Assembly: GCA_050261235.1 (NCBI GenBank)
Contig: JBLNDB010000096.1
Span: 2,161 to 66,160, forward strand
Direction: 5' to 3'
Length of the DNA stretch: 64,000 nucleotides
Origin: Chloroflexota bacterium
GTDB taxonomy: Bacteria > Bacillota > Sulfobacillia > JBFLWA01 > JBLNDB01
Every line of letters starts with the position of its first letter. The first letter of the stretch is position 1. Below the pieces are notes generated by a model that was not told the origin of the DNA, ran no database searches, and worked only from the letters and a program-made list of their open reading frames with translations. Shown piece by piece: positions 27,148 through 37,864 of the stretch. The position numbers and the translations under genes are program-made.

Positions 27148-28077
27148 TTGACGCGCTTCCTGGTCCGGCGGATCATCTCGATGCTGATTGTGCTGTTCAT
27201 CATCACGACAGTGACGTTCTTCTTGATGCACGCCATCCCCGGCGGCCCGTTCTCGCGCGACAAGGAGCTGCCGCCCGCCGTGCTGGCGGCCATCGAGGCC
27301 CGGTACAAGCTGGATCAGCCGATCTGGCGGCAGTACCTCGACTACATGGGCAATCTCCTCCGCGGCGACCTCGGCCCTTCATTCAAGTACGTCGGACGGC
27401 AGGTCACCGACATGATCAAGCAGTCGTTCCCGATTTCAGCCACGCTCGGCCTGCTGGCAGTCTCGACGGCGCTCGCGCTCGGCATCCCGGCAGGCATCAC
27501 CTCGGCTCTGAAACAGAACAAGTGGCAGGACAACGCGGTGATGTTCTTCGCGATCATCGGCGTATCGGTGCCGAGCTTCGTCATAGCCGCAGTGCTGATG
27601 TACGTCTTCGCCCTCAAGCTGCGCTGGCTGCCGCCGGCGATGTGGGGCAAGCCGAGTCAGGCCATCATGCCGGTCGTCGCCCTGGCTGCCATGTCGATGG
27701 CCATCTTCGCCCGCCTGATGCGCTCGAGCATGCTTGAGGTGGTCAACCAGGACTACATCAAGGTCGCGCGCGCGAAGGGTCTTCCGGAGCGGACCGTCAT
27801 CTGGCGGCACGCCGTCCGCAACGCCCTGATCCCGGTCGTCACCGTCGCCGGCCCGCTGGTGGCGGACGTCCTGACCGGCAGTTTCGTCATCGAGCGCATT
27901 TTCGCCATCCCCGGGCTCGGGCGTCACTTCGTGACCAGCATCAACAACCGTGACTACACGGTCACGCTTGGCGTCACCGTGTTCTACAGCGCCTTCCTGG
28001 TGCTGATGATGCTGCTCGTCGACCTGGCTTACGCCTGGCTCGATCCGCGGATCAAGATCACGGGCGAAAAGGAGTGA
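27148..28077 (+). CDS. ABC transporter permease (OppB/DppB-like)
   Basis: Six TM helices. TTG start. Confidence 0.85.
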   Translation: MTRFLVRRIISMLIVLFIITTVTFFLMHAIPGGPFSRDKELPPAVLAAIEARYKLDQPIWRQYLDYMGNLLRGDLGPSFKYVGRQVTDMIKQSFPISATLGLLAVSTALALGIPAGITSALKQNKWQDNAVMFFAIIGVSVPSFVIAAVLMYVFALKLRWLPPAMWGKPSQAIMPVVALAAMSMAIFARLMRSSMLEVVNQDYIKVARAKGLPERTVIWRHAVRNALIPVVTVAGPLVADVLTGSFVIERIFAIPGLGRHFVTSINNRDYTVTLGVTVFYSAFLVLMMLLVDLAYAWLDPRIKITGEKE

Positions 28078-28083
28078 GAGCAG

Positions 28084-29004
28084 TTGGAGTCAATGACGGA
28101 ACAAGAGCTGTTCGCGCCACTCGTCCGTGAGACGACCAACGCCCAGGTCATCGTCCGACCGAGCACCACCTACTGGCAAGATGTCTGGCGCCGGCTGAAG
28201 AAGAACCGCGGCGCGATCATCGGCCTGATCCTCATCGGCCTCATCATCGCGCTGGCGATCTTCGGGCCGATGCTGAGCCCCTATAAGTACTCGGATCAGG
28301 ACCTGCAGGCGACCAACCGTCCCCCGTCAGCCCGTCACTGGTTCGGCACCGACAACCTCGGCCGCGACCTGCTGACGCGCGTCCTGTTCGGCGCCCGCAT
28401 CTCGCTGTCGATCGGCTTCGTAGCCAGCCTGATCATCCTCACCATCGGTATCATCTATGGCGGCATCTCAGGCTTCTTCGGCGGCCAGGTCGACAACCTG
28501 ATGATGCGCATCGTCGATATCCTCTGGGCGATTCCACTGACGCTGTTCGTCATCATGCTGATGGTCGTGATGGGGTCCGGGCTGCTGACCATATTCGTCG
28601 CCCTTGGTTCGGTCTACTGGGTCGGCATGGCCCGCATCGTCCGCGGCCAGATCATCAGTCTCAAGAACCAGGAGTTCGTGCTCGCGGCGCGGACGATCGG
28701 CGCCTCGAACTGGCGGATCCTGCTGCGGCACCTGATTCCCAACGCCATGGGCCCGATCATCGTCACGGTGACGATGAACATCCCCAATGCCATCTTCACC
28801 GAGGCGTTCCTCAGTTTCATCGGTCTCGGTGTCAGCGCGCCAATGGCCAGCTGGGGCGTCCTCGCCAACGATGGCGCGCAGTCCATCCGCGCCTACCCAT
28901 GGCAGATCTTCTTCCCGGCTCTGGCGATCAGCCTGACGATGCTCGCCTTCAACTTCCTCGGCGATGGTCTCCGCGATGCGCTCGATCCGCGCATGCGCCG
29001 CTAA
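28084..29004 (+). CDS. ABC transporter permease (OppC/DppC-like)
   Basis: Six TM helices. Confidence 0.85.
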   Translation: MESMTEQELFAPLVRETTNAQVIVRPSTTYWQDVWRRLKKNRGAIIGLILIGLIIALAIFGPMLSPYKYSDQDLQATNRPPSARHWFGTDNLGRDLLTRVLFGARISLSIGFVASLIILTIGIIYGGISGFFGGQVDNLMMRIVDILWAIPLTLFVIMLMVVMGSGLLTIFVALGSVYWVGMARIVRGQIISLKNQEFVLAARTIGASNWRILLRHLIPNAMGPIIVTVTMNIPNAIFTEAFLSFIGLGVSAPMASWGVLANDGAQSIRAYPWQIFFPALAISLTMLAFNFLGDGLRDALDPRMRR

Positions 29005-29016
29005 AGGGGTGATAGC

Positions 29017-30027
29017 ATGAACCGCGACAATCTGTTGCTTGAAGTGAAGGACCTCAAGACATCCTTCTTCACCTTCAACGGCGAGGTCAAGGCTGTCGAC
29101 GGCGTCAGCTTCCATGTCGAAAAGGGCGAAGCCGTGGCCATCGTCGGTGAGTCGGGCTGCGGCAAGAGCCAGACGATGCTGTCAGTGATGCGTCTGCTGC
29201 AGGATCCCGGTCGCATCGTCCACGGCGAGATCATCTTCGACGGCGAGGACCTGGTGAAGAAGAGCGAGCGGGAAATGCAGAAGATCCGCGGCAACGACAT
29301 CGCCATGGTGTTTCAGGATCCGATGACCTCGCTCAACCCGGTCATCAGTATCGGCATGCAGATCTGCGAAGCGCTCCAGCTGCATCAGGGGATGAGTCTC
29401 AAGCAGGCGAAGGAGCGTGCGATCGCGATGCTCAGGCTGGTCGGCATTCCCAATCCCGAGCAGCGCGTCAACGAGTACCCGCATCAGTTCTCCGGCGGCA
29501 TGCGGCAGCGCGCCATGATCGCCATGGCCCTGTCATGCAATCCGAAACTCCTCATCGCCGATGAGCCGACGACGGCCCTCGATGTGACGATCCAGGCGCA
29601 GATCCTTGAGCTCATGAAGGAGCTGCGACAGAAGATCAGCACGTCGATCATCCTCATCACCCATGATCTCGGCGTCGTTGCCGGCATGGCCCAGCGCGTC
29701 ATCGTCATGTACGCGGGCAAGATCATCGAGACGGCTCCGGTGGGCGAGCTGTATGCGAACCCGCAGCACCCCTACACCTGGGGCCTGCTCAAGTCGGTGC
29801 CGCGCCTCGACGATCAGCAGCGGCGGCGGTTGGTGCCGATCGAAGGCACGCCGCCCGATCTGCTCAGTCCGCCACAGGGCTGCTACTTCAACCCGCGTTG
29901 CCGCCACGCGATGGTGATCTGCGAGCGCGAGGCGCCGCCGTTCAGCGATGTCAAGGACGGGCACCGGTGCGCCTGCTGGCTGCTTGACCCGCGGGCGCCG
30001 CGCGTCAGCCGGGAGGTGGCCGACTGA
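29017..30027 (+). CDS. ABC transporter ATP-binding protein (OppD/DppD-like)
   Basis: Walker A GESGCGKS, signature LSGGMRQR, and the C-terminal oligopeptide-transporter extension. Confidence 0.9.
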   Translation: MNRDNLLLEVKDLKTSFFTFNGEVKAVDGVSFHVEKGEAVAIVGESGCGKSQTMLSVMRLLQDPGRIVHGEIIFDGEDLVKKSEREMQKIRGNDIAMVFQDPMTSLNPVISIGMQICEALQLHQGMSLKQAKERAIAMLRLVGIPNPEQRVNEYPHQFSGGMRQRAMIAMALSCNPKLLIADEPTTALDVTIQAQILELMKELRQKISTSIILITHDLGVVAGMAQRVIVMYAGKIIETAPVGELYANPQHPYTWGLLKSVPRLDDQQRRRLVPIEGTPPDLLSPPQGCYFNPRCRHAMVICEREAPPFSDVKDGHRCACWLLDPRAPRVSREVAD

Positions 30028-31007
30028 TGCCAGGTGAGCTGCTGCTTGAAGTCACGAACCTGAAGAAGTACTTCCCGATCACCAGGGGGACTGTCTTCAC
30101 CCGCACGGTCGGCTACAACTACGCCGTCGACGGCATCAGCTTCAGCATCCGACGCGGTGAGACGCTCGGCCTCGTCGGCGAGAGCGGTTGCGGCAAGACG
30201 ACGGCCGGCCGGACAATCGTCCGCCTCTACGAGCCGACATCAGGCGACGTCTTGTTTGACGGCGTCAACCTGCCGAAGCTCAGCGCGCGCGGTATGATGC
30301 AGTATCGGCGGCGGATGCAGATGATCTTCCAGGATCCGTACGCTTCGCTCAACCCGCGCATGACCGTCTCCGACATCATCGGCGAGCCGATGGACATCCA
30401 CGGTCTGTACAGCGGCAACGACCGTAAGGCGCGCATCCATCAGCTGTTGGAAGTCGTCGGGCTCAACCCGGAGCATGCGACGCGCTTCCCGCACGAATTC
30501 TCGGGCGGACAGCGGCAGCGGATCGGCGTGGCGCGAGCGCTGGCGGTCGAGCCGGAGTTCATCATCTGCGACGAGCCGATTTCGGCCCTCGATGTCTCGA
30601 TCCAGGCGCAGGTCGTCAACATGCTCGAGGAACTGCAGCAGAAGCTCGGCTTGACCTACCTGTTCATCGCCCACGATCTGGCCATGGTCAAGCACATCAG
30701 CGACCGCGTCGCCGTCATGTACCTTGGCAAGATCGTTGAACTGGCCGACAGCCTCGAACTGTATCGCCAGCCGCTCCACCCGTACACACGCGCATTGCTG
30801 TCAGCCATCCCGATCCCCGACCCGGCAGTGGAAGAGGAACGGCGCCGGATCATCCTCGAAGGCGATGTGCCAAGCCCGATCAACCCGCCCAGCGGCTGCC
30901 ACTTCCGCACCCGTTGCAGCCGTGCGACCAAGGAGTGCGCCGAAGTCGAACCGGAACTTCGGGATCTGGGCGGCGGCCATATGGTGGCCTGCTTGCACGA
31001 GAGTTAG
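30027..31007 (+). CDS. ABC transporter ATP-binding protein (OppF/DppF-like)
   Basis: Walker [10 protein letters not shown] and signature FSGGQRQR. The start overlaps the previous stop. Confidence 0.9.
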   Translation: MPGELLLEVTNLKKYFPITRGTVFTRTVGYNYAVDGISFSIRRGETLGLVGESGCGKTTAGRTIVRLYEPTSGDVLFDGVNLPKLSARGMMQYRRRMQMIFQDPYASLNPRMTVSDIIGEPMDIHGLYSGNDRKARIHQLLEVVGLNPEHATRFPHEFSGGQRQRIGVARALAVEPEFIICDEPISALDVSIQAQVVNMLEELQQKLGLTYLFIAHDLAMVKHISDRVAVMYLGKIVELADSLELYRQPLHPYTRALLSAIPIPDPAVEEERRRIILEGDVPSPINPPSGCHFRTRCSRATKECAEVEPELRDLGGGHMVACLHES

Positions 31008-31028
31008 CCGAGCGTGCCACGCGCAACC

Positions 31029-31069
31029 GCACGACAGAGCGGACCTCCCCGCAGAGGTCCGCTCTGTCG
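31029..31069 (+). terminator. Long stem-loop after the opp operon (acgacagagcggacctc...aggtccgctctgtcgt); no U tract
   Basis: A 17-bp inverted repeat seen directly. A role in intrinsic termination is uncertain. Confidence 0.35.
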
Positions 31070-31207
31070 TCTCTGCCCGCGATGCGGCCCAACGCGAGCG
31101 ACTGCGACCGGGGTGAATCAATATTCCACGGCCGCAAATCCTAACGACGCGCGCAGCCATTGCAGGTGAATACGTTCCATGCGGCGAAACACACCTGTCA
31201 AATCTCA

Positions 31208-31831
31208 ATGAAGGTGATTCTGGTGCGTGTGATCGGGCTGACTGGCGGCATCGCCAGCGGCAAGAGCACGGTTTCCCGCATACTTCGCGAGATGGGCGCC
31301 GAGATCGTCGACGCCGATGTCCTGGCGCATGAAGTCCTGCGGCCCGGCACCGAAGGCTGGGCCCAGGTCGTGGCGACATTCGGCAACGACATCCTGAGGC
31401 CCGACGGCACCATCAACCGCAGGCTGCTCGGCAAGAAGGTGTTCCCGGATCCGGAAGCGGTGCGGAAGCTGAACGGCATCGTCCACCCGCGCGTCATCAG
31501 GGCGAGCGTGGAGCGGATCGAGTCGGCCAGACGCATCTGGGGCACGAGTCAGCATCTGCTGGTAATCGATGCGCCCTTGCTCATTGAAGCCGGAATGCAT
31601 ACAATGGTCGATGAAGTCTGGGTTGTCAAAGTCGATGAGCACACTCAGCTCGAACGTCTGATGCAACGGGACAAGTTCACCATCGGCGAGGCGATTGCGC
31701 GCGTCCACGCGCAAATGCCGCTCTCCGAGAAGCTGACGTACGCTGATCGCGTCATCGACAACACTGGGTCAGTCGAATCGACCCGCAGCCAGATCGAACG
31801 TATCTGGCGCGACATCTTCCCAGCCGAATAG
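31208..31831 (+). CDS. coaE: Dephospho-CoA kinase
   Basis: P-loop IGLTGGIASGKST and a CoaE-like body. The start is uncertain: ATG at 31208 or a downstream GTG. Confidence 0.8.
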   Translation: MKVILVRVIGLTGGIASGKSTVSRILREMGAEIVDADVLAHEVLRPGTEGWAQVVATFGNDILRPDGTINRRLLGKKVFPDPEAVRKLNGIVHPRVIRASVERIESARRIWGTSQHLLVIDAPLLIEAGMHTMVDEVWVVKVDEHTQLERLMQRDKFTIGEAIARVHAQMPLSEKLTYADRVIDNTGSVESTRSQIERIWRDIFPAE

Positions 31832-31883
31832 CGCTGCGCCAGGCGGCATAGACATTGGTTACCCGTGAGTTGGAGTTGATCGC

Positions 31884-32468
31884 TTGTCCGGAGGGTCGCG
31901 CAGGCGCACAGGCCTGCTGTTCTTTTTCCTCATCTGCCTTGCCGCACTGCTGTTGCTCAACCGGCGCTGGCTCTGGCGGCCGTTCTATCCCATCCACTAT
32001 CAGGCCGAACTGGCGCGCGAGAGCCGCCGCAATGGCCTTGATCCGTTTCTCGTCGCTGCGATCACGCGAACGGAAAGCGGCTGGCGACCGAACGCGGTCT
32101 CGGCGCGCGGCGCCATCGGCCTGATGCAGATCATGCCTGACACCGGACGCTGGGTGGCGGATCAGATCGGTCTTCGCGACTTCACCGAGGAGTCGCTGTT
32201 CGACCCGGAAATCAACCTGCGCATCGGCTGTTGGTACATCGCTGAACTCAGCCGGCAGTTCAAGGGTGATCGGATCCTCATCCTCGCCGCCTACAATGCC
32301 GGTCGCGGCAACGTCAGCGAATGGCTGCGCTCGGAGCGCTGGAGCGGCGAGGCTGAGAGCGTAGGCGACATACCGTTCGAGGAGACGCGCAATTTCATCA
32401 CGCGCGTTCTCAACGCCCGCTCCCGTCTGGTCTGGATCTACGGTCCCGGCTACTTTGCGGTTGACTAG
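31884..32468 (+). CDS. Lytic transglycosylase domain protein (SLT family, membrane-anchored)
   Basis: N-terminal TM segment, then the SLT catalytic motif (ITRTESGWRPNAVSARGAIGLMQIMPDTG...AAYNAGRGNV). Confidence 0.75.
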   Translation: MSGGSRRRTGLLFFFLICLAALLLLNRRWLWRPFYPIHYQAELARESRRNGLDPFLVAAITRTESGWRPNAVSARGAIGLMQIMPDTGRWVADQIGLRDFTEESLFDPEINLRIGCWYIAELSRQFKGDRILILAAYNAGRGNVSEWLRSERWSGEAESVGDIPFEETRNFITRVLNARSRLVWIYGPGYFAVD

Positions 32469-32577
32469 CGGCGCCGATTCGTCTTTGCGTCGCGCAACTC
32501 GCGCAGCCAGGCGAGGAACATTTTTCGCTTGCGGTGCGCGTGTCGTTATGCTAAGATAATCTCTGCAACCGAGCAAT

Positions 32578-32661
32578 GCCGAAGTGGCGGAATTGGCAGA
32601 CGCGCTGTGTTCAGGGCGCAGTAGGCGATAGCCTGTGCGGGTTCAAATCCCGCCTTCGGCA
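32578..32661 (+). tRNA. tRNA-Leu (anticodon CAG)
   Basis: Same acceptor and D-arm as the tRNA at 12632. Anticodon loop TT-CAG-GG. Long variable arm. Confidence 0.9.
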
Positions 32662-32666
32662 CACAG

Positions 32667-32694
32667 AACCCCCTTGCGCGAGCAAGGGGGTTTT
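32667..32694 (+). terminator. Rho-independent terminator (aacccccttgcgcgagcaagggggtttt)
   Basis: Perfect stem plus TTTT immediately 3' of the tRNA. Confidence 0.7.
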
Positions 32695-32841
32695 GCCTGT
32701 CGCCGGGGCGCTGTGGGGGCAGCACGGGCAGGCAGGGGGCGTCAGGGGTACTCCAGTCGCTCCCTTGGGCGCTGGCAGGCCGACTTTCTTCGGCACGCCC
32801 TGACAGCACCTTTGCCCGGCATGTTTCCGTAATGGTAGAAT

Positions 32842-33972
32842 ATGAACAAATGTGAGCTGTCCCCGTGGGGAGGAAATGGTCCAGTGCTGGATGACCCTGG
32901 CAGTAGTACCGCGTTGAGTAATGGCTCCATAATGATCGCAGTCGTTCTGCTGTTCATGTCCGCCGTGTTCTCCGGTTCGGAGACGGCGATTTTCTCGCTT
33001 AGCGCCATCAGAATACGCCAGTTGGTAGACAAGGGAGTAACCTGGGCAAGGACAGTGCGCAGACTGCTGTCCGACGCCCATGGCTTGCTCTCTACTCTTT
33101 TGATCGGCAACAATATCGTCAACACGTGGCTGACCTCGCTGGTGACTTCCATAGCCCTCGCGACGCTGGCCCGGCGCTACAGCCGGGAAGTCGCCGAGCT
33201 GGCCGCATCCGCCATCACCACCGTGCTGTTGCTGCTGTTCGGCGAAGTGACGCCGAAGGCAATCGCGGCACACGATCCGGAAGGCTTTGCGTTGGCGGTG
33301 TCTCGCCCGGTCGCAGTCCTCAAGACGATCCTCCATCCGCTGACGCGGGTCCTCAACGCCTTCACGTCCTGGTTCGTCGACACGATCGGCGGTCGCGACA
33401 AGACGCCGACCGTATCGGTGACCGAGGACGTGATCAAGACCGCGGCGGCGATTGGTGAGGAGGCTGGCGCGATCGAAAGCGATGAGCGGGCGATGATCTA
33501 TGGCGTCTTCGCCAGCGACGACACGCCTGTGACGCGCGCCATGGTGCCGCGCCAGAACATCGTCGCCGTCGAGGCCGGCGAGCCGATCGAGCAGGTGTTG
33601 CAGAAGATCGTCGCCAGTGGCCTGTCGCGCCTGCCGGTCTATGAGGGCGACATCGACCACATTGTCGGCCTGATCTACGCCAAGGACCTGTTCGTTCACT
33701 TCCGGCGCCGGCGGAAGGGGCTGCGGACCACCAGCCTGCTGCGCCCGGCCCACTTCGTGAGGGCAACGAGCAAGGTCAAGCCGCTGCTCGCCGAGTTGCG
33801 CGCGAAGAGCACGCAGCTGGCGATCGTCCTCGGCCCGGACGATCGTGTTGTCGGCCTGATTACCCTCGAGGATCTGCTTGAAGAGGTCATCGGTGAGATC
33901 GAGGATGAACATGACACCGTTCTGACCAGCGGCGGCGCACTCAGTCCGGCGAAGGCGGTGCAGGCCGAGTGA
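32842..33972 (+). CDS. HlyC/CorC family transporter (DUF21 membrane domain, CBS pair, CorC_HlyC), paralog 1
   Basis: CNNM/DUF21 N-terminus (GSETAIFSL), a CBS pair, and a C-terminal CorC_HlyC domain (LEDLLEEVIGEIEDEHD). The true start may be GTG at 32884, which has the better RBS. Confidence 0.8.
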   Translation: MNKCELSPWGGNGPVLDDPGSSTALSNGSIMIAVVLLFMSAVFSGSETAIFSLSAIRIRQLVDKGVTWARTVRRLLSDAHGLLSTLLIGNNIVNTWLTSLVTSIALATLARRYSREVAELAASAITTVLLLLFGEVTPKAIAAHDPEGFALAVSRPVAVLKTILHPLTRVLNAFTSWFVDTIGGRDKTPTVSVTEDVIKTAAAIGEEAGAIESDERAMIYGVFASDDTPVTRAMVPRQNIVAVEAGEPIEQVLQKIVASGLSRLPVYEGDIDHIVGLIYAKDLFVHFRRRRKGLRTTSLLRPAHFVRATSKVKPLLAELRAKSTQLAIVLGPDDRVVGLITLEDLLEEVIGEIEDEHDTVLTSGGALSPAKAVQAE

Positions 33973-35243
33973 TTGTCGCTGCACAGATTGCCATCCTGAT
34001 CGTCGCCTTCGTCGCCCGTGCGTTCTTCGCCGGCTCGGAGACCGCTCTCGTGTCGGCCGAAGCGGTTCAGATCGAGCATCTGGCCCGCTCCGGCAACAGC
34101 GCCGCCGTCGCCATCGAGCGTCTGCGGTCGGACCGCCAGCGGATGATCGGGTCGCTGCTCGTCGGCACCAACCTGACCAGCGTCATTGCCACAGTCCTGG
34201 CCACCAGCCTGACGCACGCCTACGGCCTGTTTGGTGAGGCCGGCATCGTCGTGACAACGATCCTGATGATCCTTCTCATCCTCATCTTTGGTGAGATCAT
34301 CCCCAAGAGCTACGCGGCAAGCAACGCCCTGTCGGTCGCGCTGCGCGTCGCCAAGCCGGTACTGGCGCTCGGCACGGTGCTTGGGCCGATCGCCTCCGTC
34401 TTCACCGCCATCCCCAAGTTGTTCCTGCGCGGGCGGCGGAGCACCGCCGATCAGCAGATCACCGAGGACTCCATCCGGACGATGATCGCCATTGGCGAGG
34501 AAGAGGGCGCCGTCGACGAGGACGAGCGCGAGATGATCATCGGCATGCTCGACACCGGGGATACTGCGGTGTGGGAGGTCATGACGCCGCGCGTCGAGAT
34601 GATCTATGTGGCCGTCGACGATACCTTCGACGACGTGCTCGACCGGATCGAGCGCGAGGGTTTCTCGCGCATCCCGGTCTACGAGGACACTGTCGACAAC
34701 ATCATCGGCGTCCTCCATGCCAAGGACGTGCTTCCTTACTGCGTCGCCGATGCCCGGCCAGACATCCGGTCGCTGCTCCGGCCGACGATGTTCGTGCCCG
34801 AGTCCAAGCGTGTCTCCGACTTGCTTGACCAGATGCGCAAGACGCGCATCCATCTCGCCATTGTCCTCGATGAGTACGGCGGCACCGCCGGTCTGGTGAC
34901 GATCGAGGATCTGCTCGAAGAGATCTTCGGCGAGATCCACGACGAGTACGATGCCGGCGAGGAAGACCCGATCATCGCTCGCGGCGCCGGGTCGTTCAGC
35001 GTCGATGCCGGTATGAGCATCGGTGAGGTCAACGAGGAATTCGAACTGGCGCTCCCGGATGATGAGGCCGGCACGATCGGCGGCCTTGTCTACTCGCTGC
35101 TCGGCCGGGTGCCGCTGCGCGGCGAGCGGGCTCTCCTGCCCGAGCAGCGGGTCGAATTGGTGGCCGAACGGGTCGCCGGACGCCGGATCACCCGCGTCCG
35201 TCTCAACATCGGGCAGGCCGAGGCACGTGCCGGCGACGACTGA
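33969..35243 (+). CDS. HlyC/CorC family transporter, tandem paralog 2
   Basis: Same domain order (GSETALVSA ... IEDLLEEIFGEIHDEYD). A 4-nt overlap with paralog 1. Confidence 0.8.
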   Translation: MIVAAQIAILIVAFVARAFFAGSETALVSAEAVQIEHLARSGNSAAVAIERLRSDRQRMIGSLLVGTNLTSVIATVLATSLTHAYGLFGEAGIVVTTILMILLILIFGEIIPKSYAASNALSVALRVAKPVLALGTVLGPIASVFTAIPKLFLRGRRSTADQQITEDSIRTMIAIGEEEGAVDEDEREMIIGMLDTGDTAVWEVMTPRVEMIYVAVDDTFDDVLDRIEREGFSRIPVYEDTVDNIIGVLHAKDVLPYCVADARPDIRSLLRPTMFVPESKRVSDLLDQMRKTRIHLAIVLDEYGGTAGLVTIEDLLEEIFGEIHDEYDAGEEDPIIARGAGSFSVDAGMSIGEVNEEFELALPDDEAGTIGGLVYSLLGRVPLRGERALLPEQRVELVAERVAGRRITRVRLNIGQAEARAGDD

Positions 35244-35390
35244 TCGATCACCTCAGCCCGCTCCTCCTTGCAGGGGCGGGCTGTTTGTGCGTTTCCGGCC
35301 GCGACGTGCCAATTTGTGAAGCAGAGTGCAGTCGCGGGAGGACAAGCCGCAGCCCTTGTTGAACTGAGGTTCTGTTTGACCAACTCCGGG

Positions 35391-36353
35391 ATGGGAGGCA
35401 AGACATTGAGCGACATCAAACGCAACATATTGGAGGCCATCGGCCAGACGCCAGTCGTTGAGCTGCAGCGCGTCCGGCCTGCCAACGGGACGCGCATCCT
35501 GGTCAAGGTGGAGGCCTTGAGTCCCGGCGGCAGCATCAAGATCCGCCCGGCCTACAACATGGTCAAGGAAGCGATCAAGCAGGGGCGCCTCAAGCCGGAT
35601 TCGATCATCGTCGAGGCGACCAGCGGCAACCAGGGCATCGCGCTCTGCCTCGTCGGCGCCGCGCTCGGCTACCGCGTCCGGATCGTCATGCCCGCCTGCA
35701 TGAGCAAGGAGCGCCAGATGCTGATGCGCTCCTATGGCGCGGAATTGGTCCTGACCGATCCCGGCAAGGACATCGGTGAGGCGATTCTGACGGCCAAGGC
35801 GACCGCCGAGAAGATGGCGGCTGAAGATCCGCGCGTCTTCTTCGCGAGTCAGTTCACCAACGAGAACAACCCGGCGGCGCACCGCAACACGACGATCGCC
35901 GAAATTCTGAAGCAGATCGGTGACGAAACCGAGGTCGACGCCTTCGTTTCCGGCATCGGCACCGGCGGCACGATCACCGGCTGCGGCGAGGTCCTCAAGG
36001 AGAAGTTCCCGCACTGTCGGATCGTCGCTGCCGAGCCCAGCGAGGCAGCCATTCTTGCCGGCAAACCGATCGGCAATCACATTCAGCAGGGCATCGGCGA
36101 TGGCCTGATTCCGGACGTGCTCAACACGAAGATCATCGATGACATTGTTCTCGTCACCGATGATGAGGCCGCCGCCACGGCACGCCGTCTGGCGAAGGAA
36201 GAGGGACTGTTTGTCGGGGTTTCCTCCGGCACGAACGTGTGCGCCGCGCTGAAAGTGGCGGAAAAGCTCGGACCGGGCAAGACTATAGTGACGCTTTGCC
36301 CTGATACCGGCGAACGCTACCTCAGCCTCGGCGTGTTCGGCGTCGAAGATTAG
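35391..36353 (+). CDS. cysK: Cysteine synthase A (O-acetylserine sulfhydrylase), PLP-dependent
   Basis: Signatures [20 protein letters not shown] and the lysine-containing PLP site. An alternative TTG start at 35407 gives a more typical N-terminus ([16 protein letters not shown]). Confidence 0.85.
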   Translation: MGGKTLSDIKRNILEAIGQTPVVELQRVRPANGTRILVKVEALSPGGSIKIRPAYNMVKEAIKQGRLKPDSIIVEATSGNQGIALCLVGAALGYRVRIVMPACMSKERQMLMRSYGAELVLTDPGKDIGEAILTAKATAEKMAAEDPRVFFASQFTNENNPAAHRNTTIAEILKQIGDETEVDAFVSGIGTGGTITGCGEVLKEKFPHCRIVAAEPSEAAILAGKPIGNHIQQGIGDGLIPDVLNTKIIDDIVLVTDDEAAATARRLAKEEGLFVGVSSGTNVCAALKVAEKLGPGKTIVTLCPDTGERYLSLGVFGVED

Positions 36354-36385
36354 CACAATCCAGTCGCAGAATGGGAGGGTATTGC

Positions 36386-37633
36386 GTGTACGAGCATCTC
36401 AAGATTGACGACCCGCAGGTCTACGAGGCCATGAAGAACGAACTGGCCCGGCAGCGCGACGGACTCGAGCTGATCGCTTCCGAGAACTTCGCTCCGCTGT
36501 CAGTGATCGAGGCTCAGGGATCCGTGTTCACGAACAAATACGCCGAAGGCTTGCCGCGGAAGCGCTACTACGGTGGCTGCGTCTACGTCGACATCGTCGA
36601 GCAGTTGGCCATCGATCGCGCCAAGGAGCTGTTCGGGGCAGAGCATGCCAACGTCCAGCCCCATGCCGGCGCCCAGGCCAATACGGCTGTCTACTTCGCC
36701 ATGCTGACCCCGGGCGACACCGTCCTCGGCATGGACCTCGCTCACGGCGGTCACCTGACGCACGGCCACCCGCTCAACTTCTCGGGCAAGTACTTCCGGT
36801 TCGTTCCCTACGGCGTCCGCGAGGACAGCGAGGTCATCGACTATGATGTCGTCGAGAAGCTCGCCGTCGAGAACAAGCCGAAGCTGATCGTCGCCGGCGC
36901 CAGCGCCTATCCGCGCGTCATCGATTTTCCGCGGCTGCGCGAAATCGCCGACAAGGCCGGCGCGATGCTGATGGTCGACATGGCCCACATCGCCGGTCTC
37001 GTCGCCGCAGGCGTCCATCCCAGCCCGGTGCCGTACGCCGACTTCGTCACCACCACGACTCACAAGACTCTGCGCGGACCGCGCGGCGGCCTCATTCTCT
37101 GCCGCAAGCAGTACGCCAAGGACATCGACCGCTCGGTCTTCCCGGGGCTCCAGGGCGGGCCGCTCGAGCACGTCATCGCCGCCAAGGCCGTTGCGTTCAA
37201 GCTCGCGGCCGGCGAGGAGTTCAAGGCCTATCAGCGCTGCGTCGCTGACAACGCCCAGGCGCTCGCCAAGGCCCTCGTGAAGGGCGGCCTGCGCTTGGTC
37301 TCCGGCGGCACCGACAACCATCTCATGCTCGTCGACCTGACGCCGAAGAACATCACTGGTCTCGACGCGCAGGAGCGGCTGGCCGAGATTGACATTACGG
37401 TCAACAAGAACGCCATTCCGTTCGACAAGCTGCCGCCGGCCAAGACTTCCGGCATCCGCGTCGGCACTCCGGCCTGCACGACCCGCGGCATGGGCGTGAA
37501 GGAGTTCGAGGAGATCGGCGCCATCATCGCCGAGTCGTTCGGCAGCGACTTCGAGGCTGTCAAGGGATCGCTCAAGGCCCGCGTGGCGGCGCTCTGCAAG
37601 CGGTTCCCGCTGTACCCGGACCTGGCCGAATAG
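36386..37633 (+). CDS. glyA: Serine hydroxymethyltransferase
   Basis: GTG at 36386 is 5 nt after GGGAGGG. Signatures [17 protein letters not shown] and the PLP-lysine region [14 protein letters not shown]. Confidence 0.9.
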   Translation: MYEHLKIDDPQVYEAMKNELARQRDGLELIASENFAPLSVIEAQGSVFTNKYAEGLPRKRYYGGCVYVDIVEQLAIDRAKELFGAEHANVQPHAGAQANTAVYFAMLTPGDTVLGMDLAHGGHLTHGHPLNFSGKYFRFVPYGVREDSEVIDYDVVEKLAVENKPKLIVAGASAYPRVIDFPRLREIADKAGAMLMVDMAHIAGLVAAGVHPSPVPYADFVTTTTHKTLRGPRGGLILCRKQYAKDIDRSVFPGLQGGPLEHVIAAKAVAFKLAAGEEFKAYQRCVADNAQALAKALVKGGLRLVSGGTDNHLMLVDLTPKNITGLDAQERLAEIDITVNKNAIPFDKLPPAKTSGIRVGTPACTTRGMGVKEFEEIGAIIAESFGSDFEAVKGSLKARVAALCKRFPLYPDLAE

Positions 37634-37664
37634 GCGCGCACTGTCGCGGGGGACACCCTGTGAA

Positions 37665-37796
37665 GGGACCGGCGCCATTGACTGATACTCCATGGGATTC
37701 TCGGTCCGGCCCGGTTCGTCGCGCACTGTGCGCAGCGCGCCAACGCGGAAGCCGGACCGACAATCCAATTCCGTATCAGCCAAAGGCGCCGGTCCC
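37665..37796 (+). repeat. Structured intergenic element, copy C (candidate cis-regulatory or structured RNA)
   Basis: Outer inverted repeat GGGACCGGCGCC...GGCGCCGGTCCC encloses TCCATGGGAT, CGGTCCGGC, a TCGCGCACTGTGCGCA hairpin, GGAAGCCGGACCG and ATCCAATTCCG. It starts 32 nt after the glyA stop and ends 69 nt before the amidohydrolase start. Confidence 0.45.
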
Positions 37797-37864
37797 GACG
37801 CACGATGTCCCCCCCAGGTGACACCCCGCGGCGTGCGGCGGAAGCGGAGAGGGAAGAGGAAACC

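Noticed and set aside
31029-31069. A 17-bp perfect inverted repeat after the opp operon considered as a possible REP or MITE copy
   Set aside because: It occurs only once in the window and is positioned exactly where an operon terminator is expected. It lacks a U tract, so it is listed as a low-confidence terminator rather than a repeat element.
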